Shown here: one piece after another, positions 1-12,042 of the stretch
Position numbering within the stretch: the stretch's first letter is position 1
How the letters are laid out: the number at the start of each line of letters is the position of its first letter
Assembly (NCBI GenBank): GCA_020427635.1
Contig: JAGQOH010000001.1
Span: 26,155 to 90,154 of the forward strand
Origin: Phycisphaerales bacterium
Lineage (GTDB): Bacteria > Planctomycetota > Phycisphaerae > Phycisphaerales > UBA1924
Direction: 5' to 3'
Length of the DNA: 64,000 bases
Notes under the pieces: generated by a model
Told to the model about the DNA's origin: nothing
The model's database searches: none
The model's input: the letters and a program-made list of their open reading frames with translations, nothing else
Program-made: the position numbers and the translations under genes

Positions 1-486
1 CGCGAGGGCCTCGCTGGCTTCGATGGCCATGACGAGGGCCTTGCGCGCGAGGGCCGCCTGTTCCGGTGTGTAGCGCCCGAAGCTCGCTGCGGGCTCACCC
101 AGCGCATCGGTGAACATGTCGATCGCTTGGTCCACCTGGGCGAACAATGGATGGTCATCGGGCAAGGTGTGCGTGACGGAGGAGGTTTCGAAGGTCGCGT
201 TGATGAGGATGGCGATGCGATGACGGGCGAGTTCGATGTCGAGCAGATAGGGCAGGTCGCTATCAGGCAGCAGCGTGGTCTGCAGTGTTAAGCGGCCGCA
301 GGCGCCGGCGTCGTATTGCATCGCGAACGCCACGGCGTCGGGGGTCGGCTTGAGGCATTCGATGACGCCGTCCTTGAAGACGATTTCGCTGGGTAGGGCC
401 GCTTGGTCCTTGTCCAGCAAGCACGCGTGGCGCAGGGAGCACTCAGCGGCGGGGGCGAAATCGTCAAAGACGGCAAAGCGAAGCAT
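1..486 (-). CDS. hypothetical protein, 3' end cut by window edge
   Basis: Not in ORF track (no stop in window). Manual reverse translation from the ATG at 486-484 reads uninterrupted to position 1 (MLRFAVFDDFAPAAECSLRHACLLDKDQ...EQAALARKALVMAIEASEALA). No family recognised. Confidence 0.45.
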   Translation of the reverse strand, partial: MLRFAVFDDFAPAAECSLRHACLLDKDQAALPSEIVFKDGVIECLKPTPDAVAFAMQYDAGACGRLTLQTTLLPDSDLPYLLDIELARHRIAILINATFETSSVTHTLPDDHPLFAQVDQAIDMFTDALGEPAASFGRYTPEQAALARKALVMAIEASEALA

Positions 487-625
487 GGAGTCGGATGTCT
501 CCTCGGGCCAACCCAGTCCGGCGCCGACCACACATCGGCGCAGGTGAGCTATTGTCGGGGGGAATCGCCCCTTGGCAAGCGGGGAGGGGAGTCGCCACCC
601 GGCAAGACTTTATTGGGAGGGCTCA

Positions 626-1585
626 ATGGCCATTACGATCGACCCCATGGAAGCCGTTTTCGAGACGAATCTGCCCTTCCCCAATAAGCGCCAGGGCAAG
701 GTGCGGGATATCTACGACCTGCCGGCGGATCCGAAGGCAGGGGATCCGCGGCTGTTGATCATCGCGACGGATCGGATCAGTGCGTTCGATGTGGTGCTGC
801 CCAATCCGATCGTGGGCAAAGGGGCGCTGCTCACACAGTTGTCCAAGCGCTGGTTCCGGTTCATCGAGGCGAAGGGGCTTTGCAAGACGCAGACCGTGTC
901 TGGCGATGATCTGGCGGATCGGATCCCGGCGCATGTGATGCAAAGCAGCGTGGTGGCGCGGAAGTGCGAAGTGGTGCCGATCGAGTGCGTGGTGCGGGGC
1001 TATCTCGATGGCTCGGGGTGGAAGGAATATCAGCAGACCCAGGAAGTCTGCGGCGTGAAGCTGCCCGCGGGGCTGCAGCGGGGCGGAGAATTGCCCGAGC
1101 CCATCTTTACGCCCGCGACGAAGGCCGAGCAAGGCGAACACGATGAGAACATCACGTTTGAGCGCGCCTGCGAAGTCGTGGGCACGGATGTCATGACAAG
1201 GCTGCGCGATACGTCCATGGCTATCTATAAGGCAGCGCGGGCGCACGCGCGGGAGCGTGGAATCATCCTGGCGGATACGAAGTTTGAGTTTGGCTGGCCC
1301 GTTGACGCCAATGGCAAGCGCACGAGCGATGAGCTGATTCTGATTGATGAAGCGTTGACGCCCGACTCGAGTCGCTATTGGCCGCTCGATGCATGGAAGC
1401 CGGGCGGCGCGCAGCAGAGCTTCGACAAGCAGTTCGTGCGGGACTACTTGCAAGAGTTAGTCGATCAGGGCAAGTGGGACAAGACCGCGCCGGGACCTGA
1501 GCTACCGGACAGCGTCGTTGCCGGCACGATTGCGCGCTACAGGGAAGCGATTGAGAAGCTGTGGGGCGAGGTCAAGGTGAACTGA
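626..1585 (+). CDS. purC: phosphoribosylaminoimidazole-succinocarboxamide synthase (SAICAR synthetase)
   Basis: ORF 572..1585. The internal ATG at 626 (MAITIDPMEAVFETNLPF...GKVRDIYDL...IATDRISAFD...ILADTKFEFG) matches the long-form PurC pattern. Confidence 0.9.
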   Translation: MAITIDPMEAVFETNLPFPNKRQGKVRDIYDLPADPKAGDPRLLIIATDRISAFDVVLPNPIVGKGALLTQLSKRWFRFIEAKGLCKTQTVSGDDLADRIPAHVMQSSVVARKCEVVPIECVVRGYLDGSGWKEYQQTQEVCGVKLPAGLQRGGELPEPIFTPATKAEQGEHDENITFERACEVVGTDVMTRLRDTSMAIYKAARAHARERGIILADTKFEFGWPVDANGKRTSDELILIDEALTPDSSRYWPLDAWKPGGAQQSFDKQFVRDYLQELVDQGKWDKTAPGPELPDSVVAGTIARYREAIEKLWGEVKVN

Positions 1586-3386
1586 CAGCGGTGAGTGTCT
1601 CGCAGGCTGTGAGCAGGCTCAGCGCGGTTGCATCGGCGGTGACGGTTTGATCCCAGAGCGCTTTGCGCACGCCGCCAAGTGAGCGTCCGGGATTGGGGTA
1701 CATGTGGGCCTCGGCGTCGGACACGCTGAGTTGCTTGAGAAAGCGCAGGCCTCTGGCGAGCTTGGGCAACTCGTCGATCACGCGTTCTTTGGGGGTGAAG
1801 CGTTCGTCCCCGAACATCGTCGCCAACAGGGCCAATGGTTTTGCACTTTGCCAGGTCGGCAAGGGCTGTCGCGCCCGCGTGAAGACAGTGCCGCCAATGA
1901 GGTCGCGCTCGTTGCCCGCGTCCATCGCCAGCACCTGGTGGTCCCAGATCACATCGCGCAACACGTTGAGCGCCGAATCATGGTCAACTGAACCGTCATC
2001 GTGCGCATTGGCCATCGTCGCCCAGCCAAGCCATGGCATGAGCGCAACGAGCTGGCCGGGTGGGGTTTCGTTGAACAGTCGGTCTAGTTCCACTTCCACT
2101 GGGGCGTGTTCGACCGTGGGCAGGTGCGGTTTCGCCATGGTGAGCCCATAGACCGCGATGGCGCGCGTGATCATCGCTTGTTCATCGACGGGCTGCTCAC
2201 CGCGCAGGGCCGCCGAGCACGCCGACGCGGCTCGATCCGCGAACTTGGCCAACTCCTCTTCGGAGATGCCGATCGGGATTCCTTGCTGGCGCGCTTCCGA
2301 CCAGGCGGCGAGCCACAGCCCAAGCGCGGCGGTGTCGCCCATCGGATCGAGTTCGGGCGGCTGTACGACCGTGATGTCGAAGAGCACATCCCATGCGGTG
2401 CGCCGTGCCGCCTTTGCCAGTTGCGGATCGACGCCGGGCGTGCGTGCGTAGCGCGCCAGGGCCAATGCCGCCAGGGCCTGTGCATGCGGCTCGGCCACGA
2501 AAGGCTCATATTCATCCCGCGCGGCGCGATAGGGGCCCATGAGGCCAAAGGGTTCTTCGCCCGGCCACATCGACCGCATCAGGTGCGACGCCATGCCATC
2601 TGCGAATGCCCGAATGCTCTGCGTGTTGACCGCAGCTTCGTCGACCAAGCGTCCGCCGCGCGTCAGGAACATTGGTGCGCTTGTGTCGCTTGCCATCGCG
2701 ATGTGTGTGACCTTGAAGCGATAGATGCGCACGTCGACCTGCTTGCGCAGCTCATTGAGTTCCATGGGCGGCGCTTCGGCTCGCGCACACGCCACGCGCA
2801 GCGCGCGCTCGACTGATGAATCCGTGGCCAAGATCACCGCGGGGAATGCAGCGCCCAGGCGATCACCCACGCGCGCGGCCACGCCTTCGAGCCCCTGTGG
2901 CACGACAATCGACGCGGACGCAAAGGTATCGCCCGCCAATGGAATCAAAGGCCCCGCGAATTGCACATCAATCGCACGGGGAATGACGCCCACGCCTTCG
3001 ACGGTGCGGGGCGGCTTGGCTTGCGCCATGACTTGTTCCATCGCTTGGCGCAGCGCGGCGCCGTCGTCGGCCATGACTTCGGCACGTCCGATTACCTTGC
3101 CATTTTCGCGAAGTGTCAAACAGACGCCGGTTGTGCCGGGCGGATCGCTCAGGTTTTGTGCGACTTCTTGCGACCAGGCGCTTTGGGCCTGCACGACCTG
3201 CTGGTAGGCTTGCATCGCGGCTTCGGGCCCAGGTGGGTCAGACTCGCCCGCCGCGGCGACTGGCGGCAAACAGGCCAGCGCCACGAGCAGCGCGACGCGA
3301 CACAGGCCTCGCGCCGCATCGGCAACGCGCAGCAACGGACGTTGCGCTTCCCCCCTCACGGATGTTGCGAATTGGCGACGCGCCAT
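1572..3386 (-). CDS. exported hypothetical protein (possible AMMECR1-like N-terminal region)
   Basis: ORF 1572..3956. The internal ATG at 3386 gives MARRQF...RVALLVALACLPPVAAAG, a signal-peptide-like N-terminus. The ORF part upstream is Arg/Ser-rich junk. Function not recognised with certainty. Confidence 0.55.
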   Translation of the reverse strand: MARRQFATSVRGEAQRPLLRVADAARGLCRVALLVALACLPPVAAAGESDPPGPEAAMQAYQQVVQAQSAWSQEVAQNLSDPPGTTGVCLTLRENGKVIGRAEVMADDGAALRQAMEQVMAQAKPPRTVEGVGVIPRAIDVQFAGPLIPLAGDTFASASIVVPQGLEGVAARVGDRLGAAFPAVILATDSSVERALRVACARAEAPPMELNELRKQVDVRIYRFKVTHIAMASDTSAPMFLTRGGRLVDEAAVNTQSIRAFADGMASHLMRSMWPGEEPFGLMGPYRAARDEYEPFVAEPHAQALAALALARYARTPGVDPQLAKAARRTAWDVLFDITVVQPPELDPMGDTAALGLWLAAWSEARQQGIPIGISEEELAKFADRAASACSAALRGEQPVDEQAMITRAIAVYGLTMAKPHLPTVEHAPVEVELDRLFNETPPGQLVALMPWLGWATMANAHDDGSVDHDSALNVLRDVIWDHQVLAMDAGNERDLIGGTVFTRARQPLPTWQSAKPLALLATMFGDERFTPKERVIDELPKLARGLRFLKQLSVSDAEAHMYPNPGRSLGGVRKALWDQTVTADATALSLLTACETLTAVSSP

Positions 3387-3700
3387 GTTGCATCGTTGCA
3401 ACAAGGCGGAGGCGAAGCAACGTGCATGCGCGCGGTTTTGGGACTGCAAGCATGCGTCAGAGCCTCGCCAGCCGGGATTGGCGGCAGGGACTTGCCTTTG
3501 GCACGCGCCTTGTAGATAGCTCGGCGACAACTCAAGAGATGCGGAGTATTCGGACATGGCCGTGATCATCAAAGGTGCAGCAACGCGAGCGGTTCTGGCG
3601 CTCGATCTGACGGCACATCGCCGCCGGATCTTGATCCTTACCGCGCTCACGTTTGCCGCGATGTGCTGAACAACCTGATCTTCCACCGCAAGAACCTGTG

Positions 3701-3740
3701 AAAAGAGGCGGCATCTCTGCCGCCCCTGTTTCGTTTTTGC
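3701..3740. terminator. hairpin (GGCGGCA-TCTC-TGCCGCC) flanked by A-run and T-run, downstream of rpsA
   Basis: 7-bp GC stem at 3707-3724, with aaaag upstream and tgtttcgttttt downstream, so it is readable as a terminator on either strand. Lies ~30 nt after the rpsA stop. Confidence 0.4.
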
Positions 3741-3756
3741 CTGTCTGACCCAGCCC

Positions 3757-5517
<1,761 letters not shown>

Positions 5518-5741
5518 GTGATGGAGTGACGTCTGCGCCAGGCGAGGCGCCATTCGTCGTCCACGGTGCGAAGGTGACGACACTGCCGCCGACGTCGCGG
5601 CGGGGGTAACGGATTCGGCTTTCCGTGCGGGCCGCGCGGCCCAACGAACGGCGCACCAGCAAGTCGAGCGCCACTCGACCTGAGGGGCAGAGTGTAGCGG
5701 AATGCCCGCAAGCGTCCACCGCCCGGGGCACTGCGACTTGG

Positions 5742-6857
5742 TCAAGATTCGGTCCCGCCCAGCAGAATCCGGCGGTGGAGATTCGAGAGGGGGAGCTCGG
5801 CGACCCCTTCTGCGTTGAGGAATTGTCCGCGCAGGGGCTTTGTGCGGGGTTTGATCGCGGTCTCGAAGACCCGAGCCTCGACCCGGCGATGGGTTAGCTC
5901 GTGCCGGAGCACCTGGCGGGCGGGGTTGACGGGTTTGGCCAGGCGGAGGGCCTGGGCCAGCTCGGCGGCGGCGGCGATGTAGGACCGAGGTCGCGTGGAA
6001 AGCTCGACTGCCGGCGCTTGCCAAAGCCCCGCCCAGAGGCCGGTTGCGGGCCGCTGTTCGACGAGGATGCGCCCGCGGGCGTCGCGGACGAGCAGTGCGA
6101 TGTGGTGCAAAGTTTGGCGCTTGGGGGGTGCTTTGGGGCGCGGGATCGTGTCCTGGCGATTGGTTCGGCGCGCAATACAGCGCGCGCGCAGTGGGCACAT
6201 GTCGCACTTGGGCGCGCGCGGCGTGCAGATCGTTGCGCCGAGCTCCATGAGGCCTTCGTTGGTCGGCGCGATGTTGCGGGCACTCTCGGCAATCGCGGTT
6301 GCCTCGGTCCACGCGACAGGCTCGGCGTCCTCCGCGGGCACGTCAATGCCATGCACGCGCAGCAGGACACGCCGCACATTGCCATCGACGATCGGTGCGC
6401 GCACATGAAACGCAAGTGAAGCGATGGCGCCGGCGGTGTAGGCGCCGATGCCGGGGAGCGCGCGAAGCTCGGCAAGATCGGCGGGGACCATGCCTTGGTG
6501 TTGGTCGACGATGGCTTTGGCCGCGGCGTGGAGGAGGCGTGCGCGGCGGTAGTAGCCAAGCCCAGACCACAGCGCAAGGACATCCTGCTCTGGCGCGTGT
6601 GCGAGCGCCTGTACGGTCGGGAAGCGCTCGACAAAGGGATCGAACTTCTCGAGCACGCGGGAGAGTTGCGTCTGTTGGGCCATCAGTTCTGACACGAGAG
6701 ATATGTAGGGATCACGAAGTCCAGTGGAGGGGTCGACATGTCGCCAAGGGAGGTCACGCGCGGTGGCGATGAACCAGCGTTCGAGGGCAAGTGCGATCCA
6801 GCGCGCGGTGGGCGCGGGTGCGTTCTGGGTGGGAGTTGTGCGCACAGAGGTTGTCAT
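5742..6857 (-). CDS. mutY: A/G-specific adenine DNA glycosylase
   Basis: LPWR, LVSELMAQQTQ, GLGYYRRAR, GIGAYTAGAI and a C-x6-C-x2-C-x5-C cluster (CTPRAPKCDMCPLRARC). ATGA overlap with the downstream transporter stop. Confidence 0.88.
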   Translation of the reverse strand: MTTSVRTTPTQNAPAPTARWIALALERWFIATARDLPWRHVDPSTGLRDPYISLVSELMAQQTQLSRVLEKFDPFVERFPTVQALAHAPEQDVLALWSGLGYYRRARLLHAAAKAIVDQHQGMVPADLAELRALPGIGAYTAGAIASLAFHVRAPIVDGNVRRVLLRVHGIDVPAEDAEPVAWTEATAIAESARNIAPTNEGLMELGATICTPRAPKCDMCPLRARCIARRTNRQDTIPRPKAPPKRQTLHHIALLVRDARGRILVEQRPATGLWAGLWQAPAVELSTRPRSYIAAAAELAQALRLAKPVNPARQVLRHELTHRRVEARVFETAIKPRTKPLRGQFLNAEGVAELPLSNLHRRILLGGTES

Positions 6858-8401
6858 TCGGCGGTTTGGCTCGGCTGGGGTGCGAAGCTATTGCGGTCCA
6901 TGGTGCCAATCGTCCATTGTTGAATCGTGAAGGCCGCGACGGTGAGCAGTGCGATGCCAATGAGATTGAGCAAGATGCCCGCGCGGGCCATTTGCATGAC
7001 GTGCAAGCGCCCGGAACCAAACACAACTGCGTTGGGAGGTGTTGCGACGGGAAGCATGAACGCAAAGCTGGCGCCGATTGCGGCGGGTACGCAGAGGAGC
7101 AGGGGATCGACGCCCAGGCCAACTGCGATACCGGCGAGCAGCGTGACGAAGATGGTGGCAGTGGCGGTGTTGCTGGTGAGTTCGGTGAGAAAGACGATGA
7201 CGCCTGTCACTGCAAGCACGAGCGCCCAGGTCGGCCAGTGGCCAAGTTGCGCGAATTGATCGCCAATGGCTTGGTCGAGCGCGCTGGCCTTGAATGCACT
7301 GGCGAGTGAGAATCCGCCGCCAAAGAGCAGGAGCACGCCCCACGGCAGTTTGACTGCCGTTTCCCAGTCAAGCGTGAAGACGCGGTTGCGCAGGTCGACG
7401 GGAATGATGAAGAGTGCAAGGGCCGCGATGATTGCGACGGTGCTGTCTTCCAGCGCGGCGAGGATCGGTACGGCGCCTTCCAGTGGTTTGCGGAAGATCC
7501 ACAGGAAAACAGCGCAGAAGAAAACGTACATGACGATGCGCTCGGCATGCGATGTCTTGCCCAGGGCGCGGAGCTCTTGGCGGATGAAGTCGCGCCCTCC
7601 AGGGATCTCATCGTTGGGCAACGGGTGGAGGAAACGTGTGAGCAGGAGCCACGTGACGACGAGCATGACCAGGGCGAGCGGCGCGCCCAGCATCATCCAA
7701 TGCGCGAAGGCGACTTCGAACCCAAAGCGTTCGTTGAGCACGCCCAGGAGGATGCCGTTGGGCGCGGTGCCGATGGGCGTTGCGATGCCGCCGATTGACG
7801 CGGCGTATGCGATGCCAAGCAAGCTTGCGATGGCGAGTTGTGGCTGCGTTTTGCCGATGCGCTGTTCGACGACGCCAATAACCGAGAGGACAGTTGGCAG
7901 CATCATGACGGTGGTTGCAATGTTGGAGATCCACATGCTCAAGAGCGCCGAGGCGATCATGAACCCGGCGACGAGCATGGGTTGGCGTGACCCAACGCCC
8001 AGCATGATGGTGAGTGCGATGCGGCGATGGAGTCCCCAGCGCTCCATGGCGAGCGCCATCATGAAGCCACCCATAAAGAGGAAGATGACTGGGTGGGCAT
8101 AGGGCGCGGCGGCGGCGGTGGGCGACATGACGCCAAGCCAAGGGAGCGCGACGAAGGGCACGAGGCTTGTTGCGGGCAGCGGGAGCGCTTCGCTGAGCCA
8201 CCACCACGCGACAAGTGTGGCGATGGCAGCGGTGCGTCGCGCGGGCTCTGCGAGCGACCAGGTGTCATTCGCGAGCGCGCCGAGCAGGGCGTACATCGCC
8301 AGCGCGAACACAGGCCCCAGGACGATCAACGCGGCGCGCAGCAGCCCGGCGCGGCGACCTGCGGGGGGATTGGGGCTGGCCAAGGTCGGATCACTGGGCA
8401 T
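6854..8401 (-). CDS. DASS/SLC13-family anion:sodium symporter
   Basis: ORF 6854..8542. Polytopic membrane protein with SNTATATIF and LPVATPPNAVVFGSG motifs. Start placed at the ATG at 8401 (MPSDPTL...); the longer 8542 start is possible. Confidence 0.8.
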   Translation of the reverse strand: MPSDPTLASPNPPAGRRAGLLRAALIVLGPVFALAMYALLGALANDTWSLAEPARRTAAIATLVAWWWLSEALPLPATSLVPFVALPWLGVMSPTAAAAPYAHPVIFLFMGGFMMALAMERWGLHRRIALTIMLGVGSRQPMLVAGFMIASALLSMWISNIATTVMMLPTVLSVIGVVEQRIGKTQPQLAIASLLGIAYAASIGGIATPIGTAPNGILLGVLNERFGFEVAFAHWMMLGAPLALVMLVVTWLLLTRFLHPLPNDEIPGGRDFIRQELRALGKTSHAERIVMYVFFCAVFLWIFRKPLEGAVPILAALEDSTVAIIAALALFIIPVDLRNRVFTLDWETAVKLPWGVLLLFGGGFSLASAFKASALDQAIGDQFAQLGHWPTWALVLAVTGVIVFLTELTSNTATATIFVTLLAGIAVGLGVDPLLLCVPAAIGASFAFMLPVATPPNAVVFGSGRLHVMQMARAGILLNLIGIALLTVAAFTIQQWTIGTMDRNSFAPQPSQTAE

Positions 8402-8503
8402 GACCTGTGGAAGGTACGGCGCACTCGGACCTTGTGCATGCCAGGTGATGGAGATTCGGGGATTTGGACCGATATACTCGACACCCGCTCTTCTTGAAAA
8501 GGA

Positions 8504-9379
8504 TTGCCTCCCACCGTGTGGCTGGATCTGCTGCGACATCAATGGGCACGCTTGGCCGACTACTCGCCCTGGGAAGTGGCGGTGGAGCTTGCGATCATCT
8601 GGATCCTGGTGTGGGTGATTTACCGTTTCGTGCGCGGGACGCGCGCGGCGGGCGCCTTCAAGGGCGTGATCGTGCTGGTGATCGTGTCGTTCCTTGTGGT
8701 GCCGCTCGTGTTGCGGACGGGGCTGTTCCCGCGGTTGTCGGCGTTGTACGGGAAGGTGCTGGGGCTGGCGGCGATTGCGTTGGTGGTGACGTTTCAGCCG
8801 GAGTTGCGCCGGGCGCTCATTCGGATTGGCGAGGCGCCGTTCTTTCGGATGACGCAGCGCGAAGTGCGTCCCGTGATTGATGCCGTCGTGAGCGCATGCA
8901 CGTTCCTGAGCAAGAACAAGTTTGGCGCGATCATTGCGTTTGAGCGCAGCACGGGGTTACGCGAGCTGATCGAAGCTGGGAAAGCGCTGAATGCAGATGT
9001 CTCGTCGCATCTGTTGAGTTCGATCTTCTGGCCCAACAGTCCGTTGCATGACATGGGTGTCGTGGTGCGCGGTCCCAAGCTGGTGGCGGCGGGGGTGCAG
9101 TTTCCACTTGCCGATGCGGAAGACATGCCCGATCCGCAACTGGGCACGCGGCATCGCGCGGCGGTGGGGCTGGCGAAGGTGAGCGATGCGGTCATCGTGA
9201 TTGTGAGTGAAGAGACGGGCGCGATCACGATTGCGGAGGGGCGGGAACTTCGGCGGTGGTTGACGCCTGATCAGCTGCGCGAGGAACTCGAGAAGCGGCT
9301 CATCCGCGGCGTCTCGCCAAGCAATGGGCGGGCGATTGAAGCACCGAGCGAGGGCATGACGGCGGGTGAAGAGCCATGA
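8504..9379 (+). CDS. cdaA: diadenylate cyclase CdaA (DisA_N domain)
   Basis: N-terminal TM helices followed by FGAIIAFERSTGL...GTRHRAAVGL...VIVIVSEETGAITIAEGG-like DAC motifs. The track start is TTG; the exact start is uncertain (GTG at 8516 is possible). Confidence 0.88.
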   Translation: MPPTVWLDLLRHQWARLADYSPWEVAVELAIIWILVWVIYRFVRGTRAAGAFKGVIVLVIVSFLVVPLVLRTGLFPRLSALYGKVLGLAAIALVVTFQPELRRALIRIGEAPFFRMTQREVRPVIDAVVSACTFLSKNKFGAIIAFERSTGLRELIEAGKALNADVSSHLLSSIFWPNSPLHDMGVVVRGPKLVAAGVQFPLADAEDMPDPQLGTRHRAAVGLAKVSDAVIVIVSEETGAITIAEGRELRRWLTPDQLREELEKRLIRGVSPSNGRAIEAPSEGMTAGEEP

Positions 9380-10416
9380 TTGATCGCATTCGCACGGGCA
9401 TCCTGATTTCGATCATCACGGTCGCGGTGTGGATCTTTGCAGAGCAGGAGAGCTTGACCGAGGCGCGTGAAGTGGCGCGGATCAGCTTCGAAGTGCCCGA
9501 GGCGATGCGGGATGAGTTGGCGCTGGTGCGCCCGGATGACTTTACAGGCGAGGTTGAGGTGGAGCTGCGCGGGGCACAGGCGTCTGTGCAGACCGCTCGC
9601 GCACGATTGAGCGAATTGCAGAAGATCTCGCCTGAGCAAGCGGGGCTTGCGACGCGCGAAGATGGCAAGGCCACCATCAAGATGGCGGATGTGATTGCAA
9701 ACTTGCCCGGCGTGACATCTTCGGGTGTCGAGGTGGTTTCGACGAGGCCCGCGACGGTGACGCTGGAGGTGATCAAGCTCGAACGGTTGCGACTGCCGGT
9801 CGTGGCGGACGTGGGCGAACTGGAGTTGCAAGCGCCCCCGGCGGTGTCGCCCGATGCAATTGATGTCACGATGCCGGCGCGGCTGGCGACGGATGCCGAT
9901 CAGTTCCACATCACCGCGGTGGTGGATCCGAGTGAGTTGCAGGACTTGCCGCCAGGTGAGCAGGTGCAGCGGCAAGCGAGGCAATTGCTCCTGCCCGAAG
10001 CATTGCGGGGTGTCCGCGGCGTGCGGCCCATTGGTGTGCAGCGCGCGACGGTGTCGTTCATCGTGCGCCAGACGAATGATTCGACGCCAGTGCCGAATGC
10101 GGTGATCGAGATCTCGCTGCCGCCAAGTGCATATGACGCGTGGGCGTTGGAATTGCCGCCGGCGTCCGCAGTGGTGAGCGTGACAGCGAAAGGGCCTCAG
10201 GAAGCGATTCAGCGGATTCGATCGGGTGCAACGCCAGTGATTGGCGTGGTGGATGCGGTGCTTGGAGACCTGCGCGAAGGGACGATGCCGTTGGCGGTCG
10301 AGTGGTTCATTCGCGTGGATGGTCGATTGCGGCCATTGCCGGCGGGCGTGGTGATTGAGGATGCGCCGCAGGAAGTGACCGTGACGGTCAGGCCGCGCCA
10401 AGCGGAAGCGCAGTAG
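9376..10416 (+). CDS. cdaR: YbbR-like domain protein, probable CdaA regulator
   Basis: ATGA overlap with cdaA, an N-terminal TM helix (ILISIITVAVWIFA) and a repetitive beta-rich body. The cdaA-cdaR pairing is a conserved arrangement. Confidence 0.6.
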   Translation: MIDRIRTGILISIITVAVWIFAEQESLTEAREVARISFEVPEAMRDELALVRPDDFTGEVEVELRGAQASVQTARARLSELQKISPEQAGLATREDGKATIKMADVIANLPGVTSSGVEVVSTRPATVTLEVIKLERLRLPVVADVGELELQAPPAVSPDAIDVTMPARLATDADQFHITAVVDPSELQDLPPGEQVQRQARQLLLPEALRGVRGVRPIGVQRATVSFIVRQTNDSTPVPNAVIEISLPPSAYDAWALELPPASAVVSVTAKGPQEAIQRIRSGATPVIGVVDAVLGDLREGTMPLAVEWFIRVDGRLRPLPAGVVIEDAPQEVTVTVRPRQAEAQ

Positions 10417-11377
10417 ATCCGGCCAGCAGGGCAAGGTGTTCATGCGCACGGGCGGCGAAGCGGCTCGGATCGCGCTCAACGCGGACCTTCTGTGCGAGCG
10501 ATGCACGATCGCTTGTCTGTGCTGTATTCAGGGCGCTCGACATCGCGTGGGCGAGCACACGGCGGTTTCCGGGTGGCACGATGTTGGCGAGCGAGAGGTG
10601 CGTCGCGCCGGCGTCGATCGCGGAAGACGCTTGTGCAACGACAGGCAACGCCTGGGCAGCGGCCCAGGCAAGGCCCGCAGCGCGCACGGTGGCCCTGTCA
10701 TGTGTGGGCGCATGCAGCGCGGCGTCCGCGCCGGCAAGCAGCCGCGGCAAGGGCGCATCGTCGATGATCACACTCCAGTGGTGGTAATGGCGCTCAACAA
10801 AGCGCAGCGCGCGGTCGACGTGTGCTGCGCCTGCGGGCAGCACAACACAAATCGGTGAAGCACCGAAGGTCAACACTCCGCCCAGGTAGGAGGCGATCCA
10901 GGCGTCGCATGCGGCGGCGGGCTCCGCGATGCTGAGCAGAACGCGCGCGTTCGTTGGAATGCCCCAGGCGGCGCGCACTTGGTCGCGGTTGTGTGCTGCG
11001 ATCGCAGCAGTGTCCACGGGCCAAGGACCAGCGTCCAGGCGGTTGGCACTCAACGTGATGATGTGCTGTGACGGCGCGGGGATGGGTGTGCCGGGCCAAG
11101 CGATGAGGATGTCGGGCGTTGCGCCGGTGTCGCGCCAGATGCGGGCAAGCTGGCGCTGGCGCGAAAGCGGCGCCGTGGCGCGGGGTGCAATGTAAATGTT
11201 TGTGGGCAGGCCAAGACATTCTGCGCGGGGGGCGTCGTCGACATGCATCGCGAGGATGCACTGGTGAACTGACCACGACGGCGCATGATGCATGAGCGCT
11301 GCGCACGCGAGGCACGCAGGATCGCCGGCGGCTCGTGGGTTGATCAGGTGGGCGATGCGCAGGGGCGAGGCGGTCAT
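10388..11377 (-). CDS. hypothetical protein, possibly degenerate GT-B glycosyltransferase-like
   Basis: Clean 329-aa ORF with an ATG start and a 4-nt overlap with the upstream gene stop. Only a vague GT4-like layout; function not supported. Confidence 0.4.
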   Translation of the reverse strand: MTASPLRIAHLINPRAAGDPACLACAALMHHAPSWSVHQCILAMHVDDAPRAECLGLPTNIYIAPRATAPLSRQRQLARIWRDTGATPDILIAWPGTPIPAPSQHIITLSANRLDAGPWPVDTAAIAAHNRDQVRAAWGIPTNARVLLSIAEPAAACDAWIASYLGGVLTFGASPICVVLPAGAAHVDRALRFVERHYHHWSVIIDDAPLPRLLAGADAALHAPTHDRATVRAAGLAWAAAQALPVVAQASSAIDAGATHLSLANIVPPGNRRVLAHAMSSALNTAQTSDRASLAQKVRVERDPSRFAARAHEHLALLAGSTALPLGAA

Positions 11378-12042
11378 GTGCCCAAGCCGGTGGTGCGTTC
11401 ACTGGTGAAGAAGAGCTGCGCGAGGCGAAGTCCAACGGTGTTGGCCAGTTCGCGCTCGGCGGCTGAGCGCTCGGCGAGGGACATGCCGTACACCTGGCCA
11501 TGTCCGGTGGGCAAGCTGATGACGAGCGGGTAGCCGCCATCCCCCGCGGGCCAAATGCGGGCATTGGTCATCGTGTCAAACACTTTGACTTCGAGCGCGG
11601 CAGCCGGTGACACGCTGGCGCCATCGCGCGAAAGCGTGAATTCCTTCACTTCGGCATAGACGATGACTTCGGCACCGACTTCGCGACCGATGTCGACGAT
11701 GCTGAGTGGCTCGTCGCCTGACTCGCCCGCCGCGGCGCGCAACGCGGAGGTTGCTGCAATCATCCGTCCCGTCTTAATGATGTCTTTATCGAGCAGCGTC
11801 TGTTCGGCCATGCGCGCGATGTCTGAGCGCAATGAGCGTTTGGGCAAGCGGGAGTTTCGGTCATCCACGAAGATGACGGTGGGGCGGTTGCCTTCCAGAT
11901 CGGCGACGGCTTTGTTCTTTGGTGGGCCCTCCACCGCATAGACGATCGGCGCAACGATATTGCACGCGCCTGCGCACAACAGCCCGGCCAAGGCGACGCT
12001 CGCGACGAAGCGCTCAATACTCGATGCGATTGGGCTCATCAT
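11374..12042 (-). CDS. putative lipoprotein (paralog of 12014..12721)
   Basis: Signal/lipobox-like LLCAGAC. Shares its architecture with the upstream gene (..VxEFxL..., C-terminal ..LFFxxE). The track start at 12048 is TTG; ATG at 12042 is used here. Confidence 0.5.
   Translation of the reverse strand: MMSPIASSIERFVASVALAGLLCAGACNIVAPIVYAVEGPPKNKAVADLEGNRPTVIFVDDRNSRLPKRSLRSDIARMAEQTLLDKDIIKTGRMIAATSALRAAAGESGDEPLSIVDIGREVGAEVIVYAEVKEFTLSRDGASVSPAAALEVKVFDTMTNARIWPAGDGGYPLVISLPTGHGQVYGMSLAERSAAERELANTVGLRLAQLFFTSERTTGLGT

Noticed and set aside
5518-6312. N-terminal 265-aa extension of the rpsA ORF (851-aa version) overlapping mutY.
   Set aside because: The extension is Pro/Arg-rich junk and overlaps the well-supported mutY in another frame. 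The S1 homology starts at MINENL (ATG at 5517).
8402-8542. Longer start (8542) for the DASS transporter, and the 572 start for purC.
   Set aside because: The extensions add non-hydrophobic, non-conserved-looking residues. For the transporter, the extension would run into the divergent cdaA start region. The internal ATGs give canonical N-termini. Retained only as alternatives.
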